Origin: an uncultured virus (IMG/VR IMGVR_UViG_3300033463_000107)
Lineage: Duplodnaviria; Heunggongvirae; Uroviricota; Caudoviricetes
Virus record (IMG/VR): IMGVR_UViG_3300033463_000107
Strand: one strand, 5' to 3'
DNA length: 64,000 bases
The notes beneath the pieces are model-generated. The model had not been told where the DNA came from, did no database searches, and saw nothing but the letters and a program-made list of their open reading frames with translations. A program made the position numbers and the translations under genes. Below are positions 36,368 through 46,502 of the stretch, piece by piece. Position 1 is the first letter of the stretch; each line of letters begins with the position of its first letter.

Positions 36368-37108
36368 TCATACGCACTTGTATCCGAGATTGCCCTTCAA
36401 AGTCTTATTATACCAAGTTGGTGTAGCGTCACTTGTGCCGACAGTATAATAAACTGTGTCAGACGATTCGTTTAAAAATTTAACAGCACTCTTCCCGGCA
36501 TTAGTAAAACCAACGCTTTCTCCGGCATAAATATCAAGTGGTGTATCAAGTATTGTTTCTTCTCCATCAAGTTCAATATCTGTTGCTATCTGCCGATTGG
36601 ATTCAGTTGGAACAACAGCATGAATATGAACTTTCATTCCGCTTACATACTGTCCGCAGTATATTTTTGTCAGTTTACAATCCTTTGGAGCCGGTGTATT
36701 TGTGACAAGGACAGCGCCATTCCCAAGAGCGGTACCGGTTGACATCGTATATGGTTGGACATCTACGACAGCTTCTCTTGTAACTGTAACTGTTTTTGTT
36801 GCAGTAATGGTTTGGTCAACAGTAGATACTGCTTGCACAGTAACGTCGCTATTGTCAGCAAGCACGCCAATGGAAAGCAAACCATCGGAATCAATTGTTG
36901 CATATGACCCACCGCTTACAACCGACCACGTTACACCACGGTCGCTTGTTGTGGCAGGATAATATTGAACACTAAACTGGATTGTATTATTTTCAGCGGT
37001 TCCATTCTGAATTACAATTGATTCAAGCGGAGCTTCTTCTGTAGGTGTTACCGTCCCCAACCCCAAAGAAGCATAATTTTTATTCGGTACAACAATTGCA
37101 ATACCCAT
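36368..37108 (-). CDS. Ig-like (Big_2) domain protein
   Basis: QFSVQYYPATTSDRGVTWS...ATIDSDGLL...VTVQAVS. Confidence 0.75.
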   Translation of the reverse strand: MGIAIVVPNKNYASLGLGTVTPTEEAPLESIVIQNGTAENNTIQFSVQYYPATTSDRGVTWSVVSGGSYATIDSDGLLSIGVLADNSDVTVQAVSTVDQTITATKTVTVTREAVVDVQPYTMSTGTALGNGAVLVTNTPAPKDCKLTKIYCGQYVSGMKVHIHAVVPTESNRQIATDIELDGEETILDTPLDIYAGESVGFTNAGKSAVKFLNESSDTVYYTVGTSDATPTWYNKTLKGNLGYKCV

Positions 37109-37122
37109 CTGTTCATTCCTCC

Positions 37123-38433
37123 TTACAACAATGATTCCATCGTTTTAATTAACTTGTCTGCCATAATCTGCATTCCTGCATCATTTGGATGCAGTGCGTC
37201 ATCAATCGAATAACTTCTCAGATTGCGATCATTAACTCCAATTGACCCAAACCAATCGCAAACGGGTAATGATTCAATTTCTGCGATTGTTTTAACGGCA
37301 TTCACATATTCATACAGATAAATATTGTTTAGCGGTGCTTCACTTGTAGCAGGCAAAAAATTATTAAAACCGTATGCTTTCCGTGGTGTGCAAAGGATTA
37401 TTTTCGCATTTGGATTTAATTGATAAATCTTATCCATCACGATACGATAACAACCATAAAATGTACTGTCCCCCGTGTTGTTAACGTAATCGCTTCGTGT
37501 TCCAACAGGAGTGCTGTGTCCCCAATCGTTGATGCCGTGTTCAATTGTATACCAATCCGCTTCAACAATTATCTGTAGATTGTTTGCAAGATGTACAATT
37601 GTTCCACCGTTATAACCAACGTTATACAAAGTATCTACATTAATGACTTCCATCACACGGTCTTGATAACCCTTTGTCATATGGGATACCGGATGATCGT
37701 TGTACCATGTGATAGATGTCCCGATACTGCACCATGTTCCGTTCAGCGTATGCTTCTTAATGTTTTCTGCGTATGCGATATTAAGATAATTGAGTGCTTC
37801 CGCATTCAGCACGTAACCAATGTTTAGTTCGTTATCAACAAACACAAGTCCAGGTTCATTGATTTTGATTATCGTGTTGCAACCCTCAAGCAAATCATCA
37901 ATTTCACACGCAATATTGTAGCTCTCGTCTACAATGAAAAAACCATCTTCCTCAACTTCAATCAATCGAGTTGCAACGAATGTACCACCGAGTTCCTTTG
38001 GCAATTCATCTATATCGTTTTTTATGTCTCCAACAATATCCGCAGGAGCAGCAGCAGAGGAAGAAGTCAGCGAACGATCAAGCGGAGGACTGTCTGGGTT
38101 TGTGATATTCTCGTCAAGCCAATCGTCAACAGCATTTTCGATATCAGACGGATCAACCCCGTTCATCCATACAGGGTCAAGATTACTATCCAACCCAAGA
38201 ACCTGACCTGCCGTTCCTGCGGATTCCGGTGCATCTTGTTTGGTATTAATTGCGCCATTAGTTGAAGTAAATTCTGTCGTGAGTTTGTCAGCAGACCAAG
38301 CCTTGTCGGTGTCACCTTCGCCGGCCGTATCGTCAATGATGGAGGTTCCACCCTGTTCAATGCGCTGACGCAGATCGTCATACAGGACTTTCCCGTCAGC
38401 AAGGTTCATGAGTTTGTTTAATTCTATGCTCAT
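37123..38433 (-). CDS. tail-associated SGNH/GDSL hydrolase
   Basis: IGTSIT (block I variant), GYNGG, GIND, DALHPNDAG; fibre-like N-terminus. Confidence 0.8.
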   Translation of the reverse strand: MSIELNKLMNLADGKVLYDDLRQRIEQGGTSIIDDTAGEGDTDKAWSADKLTTEFTSTNGAINTKQDAPESAGTAGQVLGLDSNLDPVWMNGVDPSDIENAVDDWLDENITNPDSPPLDRSLTSSSAAAPADIVGDIKNDIDELPKELGGTFVATRLIEVEEDGFFIVDESYNIACEIDDLLEGCNTIIKINEPGLVFVDNELNIGYVLNAEALNYLNIAYAENIKKHTLNGTWCSIGTSITWYNDHPVSHMTKGYQDRVMEVINVDTLYNVGYNGGTIVHLANNLQIIVEADWYTIEHGINDWGHSTPVGTRSDYVNNTGDSTFYGCYRIVMDKIYQLNPNAKIILCTPRKAYGFNNFLPATSEAPLNNIYLYEYVNAVKTIAEIESLPVCDWFGSIGVNDRNLRSYSIDDALHPNDAGMQIMADKLIKTMESLL

Positions 38434-40700
38434 GCGCTCACCCCGTAATCTGTAATAATCGCCTGCGTTTCGGTCGTTGTGGCAATGTTGGCTTCGGAAA
38501 TAAGTTTGCTTCCGCCTGAACTGTCATTCTCGCACCCGACGTACGCATCACCCCTGAAACTTGCGTTTCCATTTCTGTCAAGCGCGAACCCGTTTCTCTT
38601 GTTGGATGCGTTCGTCCCAACACCTACAATAAATATATGAGCCGTTGGGGCTGTTGTTTGCTGCCAATGCGATGAATTAAACGTTGTGTCCGTGTTTTCA
38701 ACAGTACAATTGTAATTTATTATCGCAATGTATCCGCCGGACATTTGGACAAATCTCTTTGTCTTATCGCCAACATAGTAATGGGTTCCCGCTTCCCAGG
38801 TCGGATAATCAATAAGATCCGGAACGTTATATATTCCAGATACATGGGAATAATGTTGAACCGCTTCCGTATAGTACCCTTCGGCATGCGAGTATGCTCC
38901 GCTTGCAACGGTGTAATACCCTTCCGCATGTGCATGGATTCCGCTTGCTTCTGTGTGGTATCCTTCCGCATGGGCATTGTCACTACTTGCGGTTGTTCCA
39001 GTACCCTCACTGTGGGACCCGTCTCCGGATGCGGTAGTACTCACACCTTCGGCATGGCTTCTCTGTCCAGTAGCCTGTGTATTGAATCCTTCCGCATGAG
39101 CGTCCAATGCAGATGCTGTCGTGCTTTCACCCTCGGAGTGAGAATTGGAACCAGATGCTGTAGTGTTATATCCTTCCGAATGTGCATTAGCGGAGGCTTT
39201 TGTCATATAACCTTCAGCATGCGAAGCGTTTCCTAAAGCCTGTGTTGCACTGCCTTCCGCGTGAGCCGCCGTGCCGGTCGCCTGCGTTCCTCCACCTTCA
39301 GCATGCGCCGTACCGCCGGAGGCCGTTGTCCCACCACCCTCGGAATGTGACTGGTGACCGCTGGCTACAGTAGAACCGCCCTCTGCATGCGCGCTGCTCC
39401 CGGATGCAACGGATCCGCCACCCTCTGCATGAGCGCCATGGTTTGAAGCAGTTGTTCCAACACCTTCAGCATGAGCGCCGTATACATTCGCACCGCTTCC
39501 GGAGTTTGCCGTGGTCTGGTAGCCTTCCGCATGATCTGCCTTGCCGAGCGCGCCCTTGTTGACCGCACCGTACCCTTCCGCATGGCTGTACGCACCGGAC
39601 GCGGTGGTCAGGTACCCTTCCGCATGCGCCCGTGTATTGGTAGCTGCCGTGGACTCGCCCTCTGCGTGGCTGTTCTGACCGGAAGCCGTGGTCGATCCGC
39701 CCTCCGCATGGGCGCTGGCACCGGTTGCCCGTGTGTTGTACCCTTCCGCAAAAGCGTTGTTGGCGCTTGCAGTCACATCGTTACCGAACGCAAAACTGTT
39801 CGTGCCAACCGTCGTGCCGCTCTTCCTGCCACGGCTCAGTGTGGTCAGCAGGACCGTGTCCGTCTTGTCAGCCTTGTTGCTGACGTCCACGTCCGTCGTG
39901 CCGATCATTTCCCACTGCCCGTTCAGGTACAGATACTCATCGTAGGAATCGCCGGTTCCGCCCTGTTTCGGCACGAAGTAAATCGTATGGTCCTTGCCGG
40001 TCACAGGCAATGTCTGCACGATTTCAATGTCGAAAGAATTGATATCCCCGATGGCTTGCGTGATCTTGTCCGCAGACCATGTCTTGTCCTTCACTCCGGC
40101 ACCGGCGTTGTCGTCAATGATAACGCTGCTGCCGTCCTCCACGGTCGCCGTGGTCGTGCCTTCTTTGTCCGTGATCGTGATGGTCGCTACGTGACCTTCC
40201 TTCACCACGTTCGCAACAGGGCTGAATCCGTCAAATTCTCCGCTGTCCTTGGCTTCCTGAAGCGCCGTATTGACCGTCTCCGGAATTGCTTCCGCAATGC
40301 CCTCCGCTTCGTCCACAGCCGCGTCCAACGCGGCAAGTGTCTGCGTGATGACATCCTGCTGCACGGGCGTCGGAGCCTGGTTCTTCGGCTTGGCGCGCTT
40401 CTGCACGGAGATGATCCCATGGTATTCTGTCTCGCCGTCGTTTTCGGTATTATGCAGGTACAGCCACACATGGATGTTTTCGCCGGACTGCAGGTACTCA
40501 TCCGGAATATCCACGCCGGTGCTGTCGCCGAGAGACGTCTTGCTTTCTCCGCGCTCCTTGTTGCTGAAATGCACTTCATAGGAGAACGGGAGTTCAACCC
40601 CTTCCAGGATCAGCCGCTGACCGTAGTCGTACTGAAAAAGTCCGCCAGCCCGTGCGATACTGCCTTTGGCAAGGTTCAGTGTAATGGTGTTTCCTCTCAT
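38430..40700 (-). CDS. tail fibre/adhesin with YadA-head-like repeats
   Basis: BppU-like LFQYDYGQRL N-terminus; about 21 repeats of T.ASG..(S/A)HAEG; CBM-like WEAGTHYYVGD. Confidence 0.8.
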   Translation of the reverse strand: MRGNTITLNLAKGSIARAGGLFQYDYGQRLILEGVELPFSYEVHFSNKERGESKTSLGDSTGVDIPDEYLQSGENIHVWLYLHNTENDGETEYHGIISVQKRAKPKNQAPTPVQQDVITQTLAALDAAVDEAEGIAEAIPETVNTALQEAKDSGEFDGFSPVANVVKEGHVATITITDKEGTTTATVEDGSSVIIDDNAGAGVKDKTWSADKITQAIGDINSFDIEIVQTLPVTGKDHTIYFVPKQGGTGDSYDEYLYLNGQWEMIGTTDVDVSNKADKTDTVLLTTLSRGRKSGTTVGTNSFAFGNDVTASANNAFAEGYNTRATGASAHAEGGSTTASGQNSHAEGESTAATNTRAHAEGYLTTASGAYSHAEGYGAVNKGALGKADHAEGYQTTANSGSGANVYGAHAEGVGTTASNHGAHAEGGGSVASGSSAHAEGGSTVASGHQSHSEGGGTTASGGTAHAEGGGTQATGTAAHAEGSATQALGNASHAEGYMTKASANAHSEGYNTTASGSNSHSEGESTTASALDAHAEGFNTQATGQRSHAEGVSTTASGDGSHSEGTGTTASSDNAHAEGYHTEASGIHAHAEGYYTVASGAYSHAEGYYTEAVQHYSHVSGIYNVPDLIDYPTWEAGTHYYVGDKTKRFVQMSGGYIAIINYNCTVENTDTTFNSSHWQQTTAPTAHIFIVGVGTNASNKRNGFALDRNGNASFRGDAYVGCENDSSGGSKLISEANIATTTETQAIITDYGVSA
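38850..39800 (-). repeat. ~42-bp / 14-aa coding tandem repeat
   Basis: HAEG/HSEG recurring with about 14-aa period. Confidence 0.85.
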
Positions 40701-40712
40701 GCACTCACCTCC

Positions 40713-42329
40713 TTACACCCCAAGCAGTCCGTTCTTAATCCACACAATTTCAAAAGATAGCGTTTTCCCGGCAGCGTTATCGCTTGTTGCAATGTTCCGG
40801 ATCTTAATAATTGTTTCGTTTGCAACCGCCGTTCTGTACGTTGCATACGGAACCAACGGGCTGGAAGAGGATACGTAATTCTGAATGGCGAAGATGCTGT
40901 ATCCTTCTATCGGCTCAACATGGAACTGCGTGGTCGTATATGCGGCGGCACCGGAACCGGATATTTTTGCCGGTGTCTGCATGGTGTATTGCCTGATCAG
41001 GAACGGGCTGTCCAGCACGGCGACATCGTCTTTGCTTGCAGCATTGATGTTTGTCCGTACCTGTGTCTTCTGCGATGCCGTAAGATCCTGCGAGGAAATC
41101 GTCACGACGTCCGTCCGGAGTTTGGATACGAGGTTCTGGTTGTACTCGATCACGGCATAAACTTCAATGTCGTTCCCGTCAATGATTTCCATGCCGTGAT
41201 CATTGGCGGTGTAAGTACCCTGAACATTAATCGTATCCGGGTTCGGTTGGTCGGGATAAACGTAATAAATGTAATTTCCGTCATATATAAAATCCACGTC
41301 GTATCCTTCAACGGTTGACATGTTTGCGGCTGTGTTCTGCAATCTGCCGATCCTACGGTATGCCTTGCCGGACCTGAAGTTTATTTCGTCTGCCACATCG
41401 CCGACCTGCATCAGTCCGTTCGGGAAGTATGTCATGGCATTTGCAAGGCTTATGGTAACATCGTCGTACGCTTCCCAGCCTCCGGCAGGTCCGTCCGCCC
41501 AGTCGCTCCAGGTCATCAGGATATACGTATCCGTAGCGTTTCCGCCGCTCACGATGACGTATCCGTTACTTGGAATATCGAAGAGTCCGTTGGCATCCGG
41601 ATAAAGGTTCGACGGATTTGTTCCTGTCGAGTCGGTGCTGAACATGATGGATTCGTATGTTCCGCCGATCTTGAAACCATAGGTGTCGCTGTATTTCACC
41701 ACACGGGCATATCCGGCATCGTTGTCGTACAGATTCCATCCTGTGGAACGTAGCGCTGTTGGCTTTGACATCGTGATCGTTCCGAGTTCTCCCTTTACAT
41801 AGATCACCCGGATAATATCGCCGTTCACTGGGGTGCCACTGACCGTAATGCCCGTGTTTGTCAGCACAGGATCCCATGCACCGGAAGTATATGTAAACGT
41901 GTATGTTCCGCTTGTCTGCGCATATGCGACAAACGTGTCCCTGTCATAGGTGGCGGTAATCGGCGTTTCACGTTCAACGGCCTGTACACTCAGACTGATT
42001 CCTTCCTCCTGGTATCCCGTATGAAGCATCCGCCCGTGAATGGAGATGATTTCCGCGTCACCATTCGTAATTGACGTTCCGCCACCGGTTGCCCTGCACA
42101 GAACGTTGCCGCTGATTGTCTGCTTGTCTTCCGTCACAAGTTGCCGTGCGTAAGGCACTTCGCTGATATTGTAGTTGCCAGTATCCGGATTCGCACTCTC
42201 GCCGTTGATCGTCTTGATCCGCGAGGACACTTCTGTGTCCAGAATCCCTGCATTATAGTTCAGCGCGGATATCGCACCGGCGTCCGTGCTTTCCGGCATT
42301 TTCAGACCGAGTTTCTCGGTTGTGTTCAT
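40713..42329 (-). CDS. tail fibre/baseplate protein
   Basis: N-terminal TEKLGLKMPES...LNYNAGILD; tail module position. Confidence 0.7.
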   Translation of the reverse strand: MNTTEKLGLKMPESTDAGAISALNYNAGILDTEVSSRIKTINGESANPDTGNYNISEVPYARQLVTEDKQTISGNVLCRATGGGTSITNGDAEIISIHGRMLHTGYQEEGISLSVQAVERETPITATYDRDTFVAYAQTSGTYTFTYTSGAWDPVLTNTGITVSGTPVNGDIIRVIYVKGELGTITMSKPTALRSTGWNLYDNDAGYARVVKYSDTYGFKIGGTYESIMFSTDSTGTNPSNLYPDANGLFDIPSNGYVIVSGGNATDTYILMTWSDWADGPAGGWEAYDDVTISLANAMTYFPNGLMQVGDVADEINFRSGKAYRRIGRLQNTAANMSTVEGYDVDFIYDGNYIYYVYPDQPNPDTINVQGTYTANDHGMEIIDGNDIEVYAVIEYNQNLVSKLRTDVVTISSQDLTASQKTQVRTNINAASKDDVAVLDSPFLIRQYTMQTPAKISGSGAAAYTTTQFHVEPIEGYSIFAIQNYVSSSSPLVPYATYRTAVANETIIKIRNIATSDNAAGKTLSFEIVWIKNGLLGV

Positions 42330-42346
42330 TCACCCGTCCTCCTTTC

Positions 42347-42904
42347 TTACGCAGTCCGCATCCAGAAGTGCAGGCTTCCGGCTGCGCTCTGGTCTTTTGC
42401 AACATAGCTGCGCTGACCGCCTTCAATGTCGCCCCAGGTCATCGGCATCAGGATCTCCGTCCATGTGCCGATATCCGTCAGCACCATCGGAAGCACGTTT
42501 GCAGCTGTCACGTACAGGCTTCCGACCGGATACAGATTCGTGTACACCGCATTGATCGCGGTCACAATGCTCGGCGCGCCAACTGCACTACTGACCGGAA
42601 TGTTGCTTCCGTTCCATCCGAGGATCTCCGCAATAACGCTTGCAACGCTTTCTGCACCGGATCCGCTGTTCACCGGAATGTTCTCGCCTGTCCACTCCAG
42701 GATGCCGCTGACGTCCGTCATCGTATCGGAAAGGTCTTCCGTCACGCTTTCAAGCGCGTCCCCGACAGCCTTGGCGTCCGCAGGCATGTTTTCAATACTC
42801 AGCGTTTTGTCGGTCGGCTGCTGAACCATGCCCCAGATTTCTACTTCCATCTCCACGTCCGGCACTCCGCCGGTCTGCTGAATGCTTTCTTCCGTGTTCG
42901 GCAT
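42347..42904 (-). CDS. tail fibre-associated protein
   Basis: DKTLSIENMPADAKAVG; YPVGSLY...GTW...FWMRTA. Confidence 0.7.
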   Translation of the reverse strand: MPNTEESIQQTGGVPDVEMEVEIWGMVQQPTDKTLSIENMPADAKAVGDALESVTEDLSDTMTDVSGILEWTGENIPVNSGSGAESVASVIAEILGWNGSNIPVSSAVGAPSIVTAINAVYTNLYPVGSLYVTAANVLPMVLTDIGTWTEILMPMTWGDIEGGQRSYVAKDQSAAGSLHFWMRTA

Positions 42905-42922
42905 TTATCTCACCACCCTGTC

Positions 42923-43513
42923 TTAAATATCGCCCACAACAACCTGAAGGCTCATGCTCATCGGGGAGTTCGGGGTAATCACCTGATCACCGTCCACGAT
43001 CTTCCCGTCCTCGTCGTAGTACGGGTTAATCACGTACCGCACGTCCCAGTTGTAATTGCCCGTTGCCAGCGTGTCCGTGTCTGCATTAAAGAAGGTAACC
43101 GTGAAATCGTTCTTCCTGTACTCAACCGTGATCGAGTCGCCGTTCACAGGCGTACCTTCCACCGTAATGCCGTACAGCCCCGGGTTGTAGTCCCAGTCGC
43201 TCGTGTACGTTGTCACAAACGTGCCGCTGAAATCCGGCATGGCTTCATTGAATGCGCTCTTGTCGATCCGCGCCGTAATGGGCGTTGCACCGCCTGTACG
43301 CTCCGCAGACACCGTCATGACCGTGTTGATCAGTTCACACTGCTTCTGCTTGACAATCGTGCCGTTACCGGCTTTCAGGCTGAACAATGCCCTGTCACGC
43401 GGGGAGAAGATATACGTAGCACCGGTATCCTTCCGCTTGGCATTCGCGCGAAGCAGAATAGACCCTGTGTCACCGCGCGACAGGGTGATTGTCGTTCCGT
43501 TTATCGTGAACAT
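42923..43513 (-). CDS. BppU-like baseplate protein
   Basis: ITLSRGDT...FSLK...DTDTL..G.Y.WDV. Confidence 0.6.
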   Translation of the reverse strand: MFTINGTTITLSRGDTGSILLRANAKRKDTGATYIFSPRDRALFSLKAGNGTIVKQKQCELINTVMTVSAERTGGATPITARIDKSAFNEAMPDFSGTFVTTYTSDWDYNPGLYGITVEGTPVNGDSITVEYRKNDFTVTFFNADTDTLATGNYNWDVRYVINPYYDEDGKIVDGDQVITPNSPMSMSLQVVVGDI

Positions 43514-43541
43514 CTGTACTCACTTCCTTGTGTGTCGAATC

Positions 43542-43636
43542 AAAAAGGCATCGGATGAAAAGCGTTGCTCATCATTCGATGCCTTGCAGATATTCTGTTT
43601 CGTGGTTATTGTATCAGAATAACAAATAAATTGGAA
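43542..43636 (-). promoter_or_regulatory. promoter, operator-like motif and leader terminator hairpin
   Basis: TG-A-TACAAT at about 43616-43608; motif at 43593-43608; hairpin at 43542-43585. Confidence 0.6.
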
Positions 43637-43646
43637 GAGTTATTTT

Positions 43647-43907
43647 TCAAGGCTTTTTCATGCACACAGACACGAGCCGATCCTGATCAACCATGATGTT
43701 CGTGCAGTTCGTAAATCCCTCGTAGACATCTTCCATGTCGCCGTACTGATAAACAATACGCTGCGTTTTCATCGGATTCATAAATACATTGATCGCCAAT
43801 GTCATGGAGCAGTCCGGAACCCAGCACCAAAGGTTTCCGTCTGAATATCCGGCTTCGCCGCCTTCAAATTTCGTTCCGTCTGCCAGGACAAGTCTCCGTC
43901 CCTCCAT
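43647..43907 (-). CDS. hypothetical tail-region protein
   Basis: ORF in the operon. Confidence 0.65.
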   Translation of the reverse strand: MEGRRLVLADGTKFEGGEAGYSDGNLWCWVPDCSMTLAINVFMNPMKTQRIVYQYGDMEDVYEGFTNCTNIMVDQDRLVSVCMKKP

Positions 43908-44046
43908 TGCATTCCATCCTTTCTAACTCCTGATAAATTTCCTGCAGATCATAGAGCGTCTGCAACAATGTTTCCATGTTCCCCTTTGTCATAGGCATAT
44001 CCAATGTCTGCAACCGCTCGTAGCATGCTGAAATCTTTTCTTTCAT
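43864..44046 (-). CDS. small hypothetical protein
   Basis: ORF coupled to the upstream stop (TAATG). Confidence 0.6.
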   Translation of the reverse strand: MKEKISACYERLQTLDMPMTKGNMETLLQTLYDLQEIYQELERMECNGGTETCPGRRNEI

Positions 44047-44948
44047 TACTGCCTCCATCCGAGTACGGCAATATTCTCCCCGTTTCTGTTGTATGCGTTC
44101 ATACTGATGATGTTATGCCCAAGGTAAGTCAATGTTCCGCTGAGTGTTTCATTGTTCCCCTGTATCGTACTGACCCACAGTTTGCTGATGTTCGTGTTGC
44201 CAGAAGTTAAACTGTCAATCTTTGCGTTTGTAGCCTTCAGTTCTGTTGCCGTCACGTACCCACTCAGGTTGATCGTCTTCGCCTGTATCTTTACGTAGCT
44301 GCCGCTCTGCCCGTTGATCCCCGCCACAATGGATGCCGCGTTAACCTGCCCTTTGTCCGTCACCACCAGCGAGATTTTGTCTGCCTGCTGTTTGATGGAC
44401 GAACTCAGCCCCTTGTAGTTGTTGTTTACCGTCAGGTTGATACTGCTGCTTGTCATCTGCAACCCTGACGACAGTTGCTTGTACGCATCGTTCACGTACA
44501 TCGTGGCACTGCTTGAAGTCAGTTTCAGCCCGGACGACATCTGCCGGTACAGATCCTGCGTATACAGCGTCGCACTGCTCGTCGTCAGTTCCAGCCCACT
44601 CTTCAGCTGGTTGTACACATCCTCCACGTAGATGTGTTGGTACATGTTGTCCCGCAGTCCGCTCCCACCACCGGCACCCCGGGCATACTTCTTCTGGCTC
44701 AGTTTTGCCAGTGGTTTCCGTTCCTCGTTTCCGGCGGACGAAAGCGACACCTGCATGCCCTTCCGCCACGTCATTTTTGCCACATGCACGGGGCTTTCGT
44801 AACTCTTCCCGTCCCGCGTGACCGTCACCACGTCACCGGCTTCCACGCTCGGATCTGCAAACGTGTCCGCATTCAGCGGATGATACGATTTCGTGTCATG
44901 CAGCCGGTTATAAATCGGCGTCAGCGAACCGCCCGAAATATCTGCCAT
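44046..44948 (-). CDS. tail hub/spike C-terminal protein
   Basis: DPSVEAGDVVTV; repeats SGL.LTSSSAT; SSIKQQADKISL; VKIQAKTINLSG. Confidence 0.7.
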   Translation of the reverse strand: MADISGGSLTPIYNRLHDTKSYHPLNADTFADPSVEAGDVVTVTRDGKSYESPVHVAKMTWRKGMQVSLSSAGNEERKPLAKLSQKKYARGAGGGSGLRDNMYQHIYVEDVYNQLKSGLELTTSSATLYTQDLYRQMSSGLKLTSSSATMYVNDAYKQLSSGLQMTSSSINLTVNNNYKGLSSSIKQQADKISLVVTDKGQVNAASIVAGINGQSGSYVKIQAKTINLSGYVTATELKATNAKIDSLTSGNTNISKLWVSTIQGNNETLSGTLTYLGHNIISMNAYNRNGENIAVLGWRQ

Positions 44949-46105
44949 TAACTCACCCCCTTCAGCAGCGGATTATCCTGTATCAGGTACGGAACCTTCC
45001 CCGACCCGACCGTGTGATCCACGTTGTCGTGCAGATCCCTGTTGCACAGCTTCGTGATCTTTGGCGTCGTGTACCAGTACGGGTTAAACTCCCTGTAGTT
45101 CGTCGCCTCGTAGATCTGCCCCGTTTCCTTCAGCCACGCCATGGTCATGACGCCGTCCCTGTTGCACCTTGCGTTGCTTCCGGCCGCTTCCGCAATCCAC
45201 TTCATCACGTCCCGCATCGTCACCCGTTCAAAGTCCGTCGGTTCCTCCGGAATCACCGCACTGCTGTTAATGAAAGATTTCGTTGCATACGGAACCTTTA
45301 CATAATCGCACATCTTCGCATACAGATTGCCAATGGTCGTCGGGTACGATATTCCCAGATCACCCGCTGACGGCATGTCCTCTTCAAACTTCTGCATCCG
45401 GTCATAGCAGGTGAAGTCGATCTGAATCATGTCCGGCGCTTTCGGTCGTTTCGCAATGAACACACCCAGCGGACAGAACTCATACACCATCAGGTCACCG
45501 GCTTCGTACACTTCCAGCATCCGCGTGTCCTTGTTGTAGTAGATGCCCTTCTTATCCCATGTCAGCGCCTTCTGAAGCATAAACTCGTTGACGCGGTTGC
45601 TGTCCGATACGTTTGCACCGGTCTTGTCGTTATACACCGCGTACCGCCCGTCGTCCGAGAATACCCACACCTTGTTGTTGTACCCCAGCATTGCGTTCAC
45701 CGGAAAACTGGGCTGTGCGGTTACCGGCACACCGTTCCGCCGGAGGAACGGGTACTCGTCCGTGCCGATCCAGTAGTCGTTCGGCGTGTTGTTCGTCCGC
45801 ATCATCACGATGCCGTACTGCTGGTACGTTTCCGTCCGCAGAAGGACGCCGATAGCCGCCGTAAACTCGCCGAACTCGTATTCGTTCAGCAGCCTGTCGT
45901 CGTTGAACAGCGTAAACGAAATCTCATTGCTGGTTGCCTGTCCGATAGCAAGATCCTCTTCCGTATTAAAGTAGTCGTTGAACTCAATGCCGCGTTCCAC
46001 GCTGATGTCCTCGTCCGTAAACACGGCATCGTCAAAGATCAGCAGTGCCTTCTGGTCATTGCCGTTCCGGGTCGCTTCGTGGTATTCCTCGCTGCATGCG
46101 TACAT
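44948..46105 (-). CDS. baseplate hub/tail protein
   Basis: PLGVF...FTCYDRM...YPTT...TMRDVMKWIAE; follows the distal tail gene. Confidence 0.7.
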   Translation of the reverse strand: MYACSEEYHEATRNGNDQKALLIFDDAVFTDEDISVERGIEFNDYFNTEEDLAIGQATSNEISFTLFNDDRLLNEYEFGEFTAAIGVLLRTETYQQYGIVMMRTNNTPNDYWIGTDEYPFLRRNGVPVTAQPSFPVNAMLGYNNKVWVFSDDGRYAVYNDKTGANVSDSNRVNEFMLQKALTWDKKGIYYNKDTRMLEVYEAGDLMVYEFCPLGVFIAKRPKAPDMIQIDFTCYDRMQKFEEDMPSAGDLGISYPTTIGNLYAKMCDYVKVPYATKSFINSSAVIPEEPTDFERVTMRDVMKWIAEAAGSNARCNRDGVMTMAWLKETGQIYEATNYREFNPYWYTTPKITKLCNRDLHDNVDHTVGSGKVPYLIQDNPLLKGVS

Positions 46106-46115
46106 GGCTTTCTCC

Positions 46116-46499
46116 TTAATACTCGATGAATTTCAGTTTCAGGCTGAACGTGGCGATCTCGTCCTTCTCCGGCAGGTAGTACCAGCCCTTGCCCGTACGG
46201 TCGCCGACATAATAGTTTCCCGTATAGGTCTTGCCAAACCGTCGTGGATCCGGCGCGACCATCTTGAACTTCGGGGTCTGCACGGCGTCGAGGATCTTCT
46301 TCAGCATTTCCCATTCCAATGCGTTCCAGTTGAATTCATAGTTGATCTTCGTCGCCACGTATGCCCGGTGGAGCAGTCCGGTAGCATCTCTGCTGCCGGA
46401 CGTGTCCAGGTCGCCCACCTGGTAGTTCCACTCGGACGGGTCCGGGATCGCTACATTATCCACCTTAATGCCCATTGCGTAATTGTACTGTCGTGTCAT
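46116..46499 (-). CDS. distal tail-like protein
   Basis: IPDPS...SRDATGLLHR...YVGDR...LKFIEY; directly after the tape measure gene. Confidence 0.7.
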   Translation of the reverse strand: MTRQYNYAMGIKVDNVAIPDPSEWNYQVGDLDTSGSRDATGLLHRAYVATKINYEFNWNALEWEMLKKILDAVQTPKFKMVAPDPRRFGKTYTGNYYVGDRTGKGWYYLPEKDEIATFSLKLKFIEY

Positions 46500-46502
46500 G
46501 GC

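Noticed and set aside
36368..46105. Diversity-generating retroelement acting on tail fibres
   Set aside because: No reverse transcriptase in the window, and no TR/VR pair differing only at adenines was noticed.
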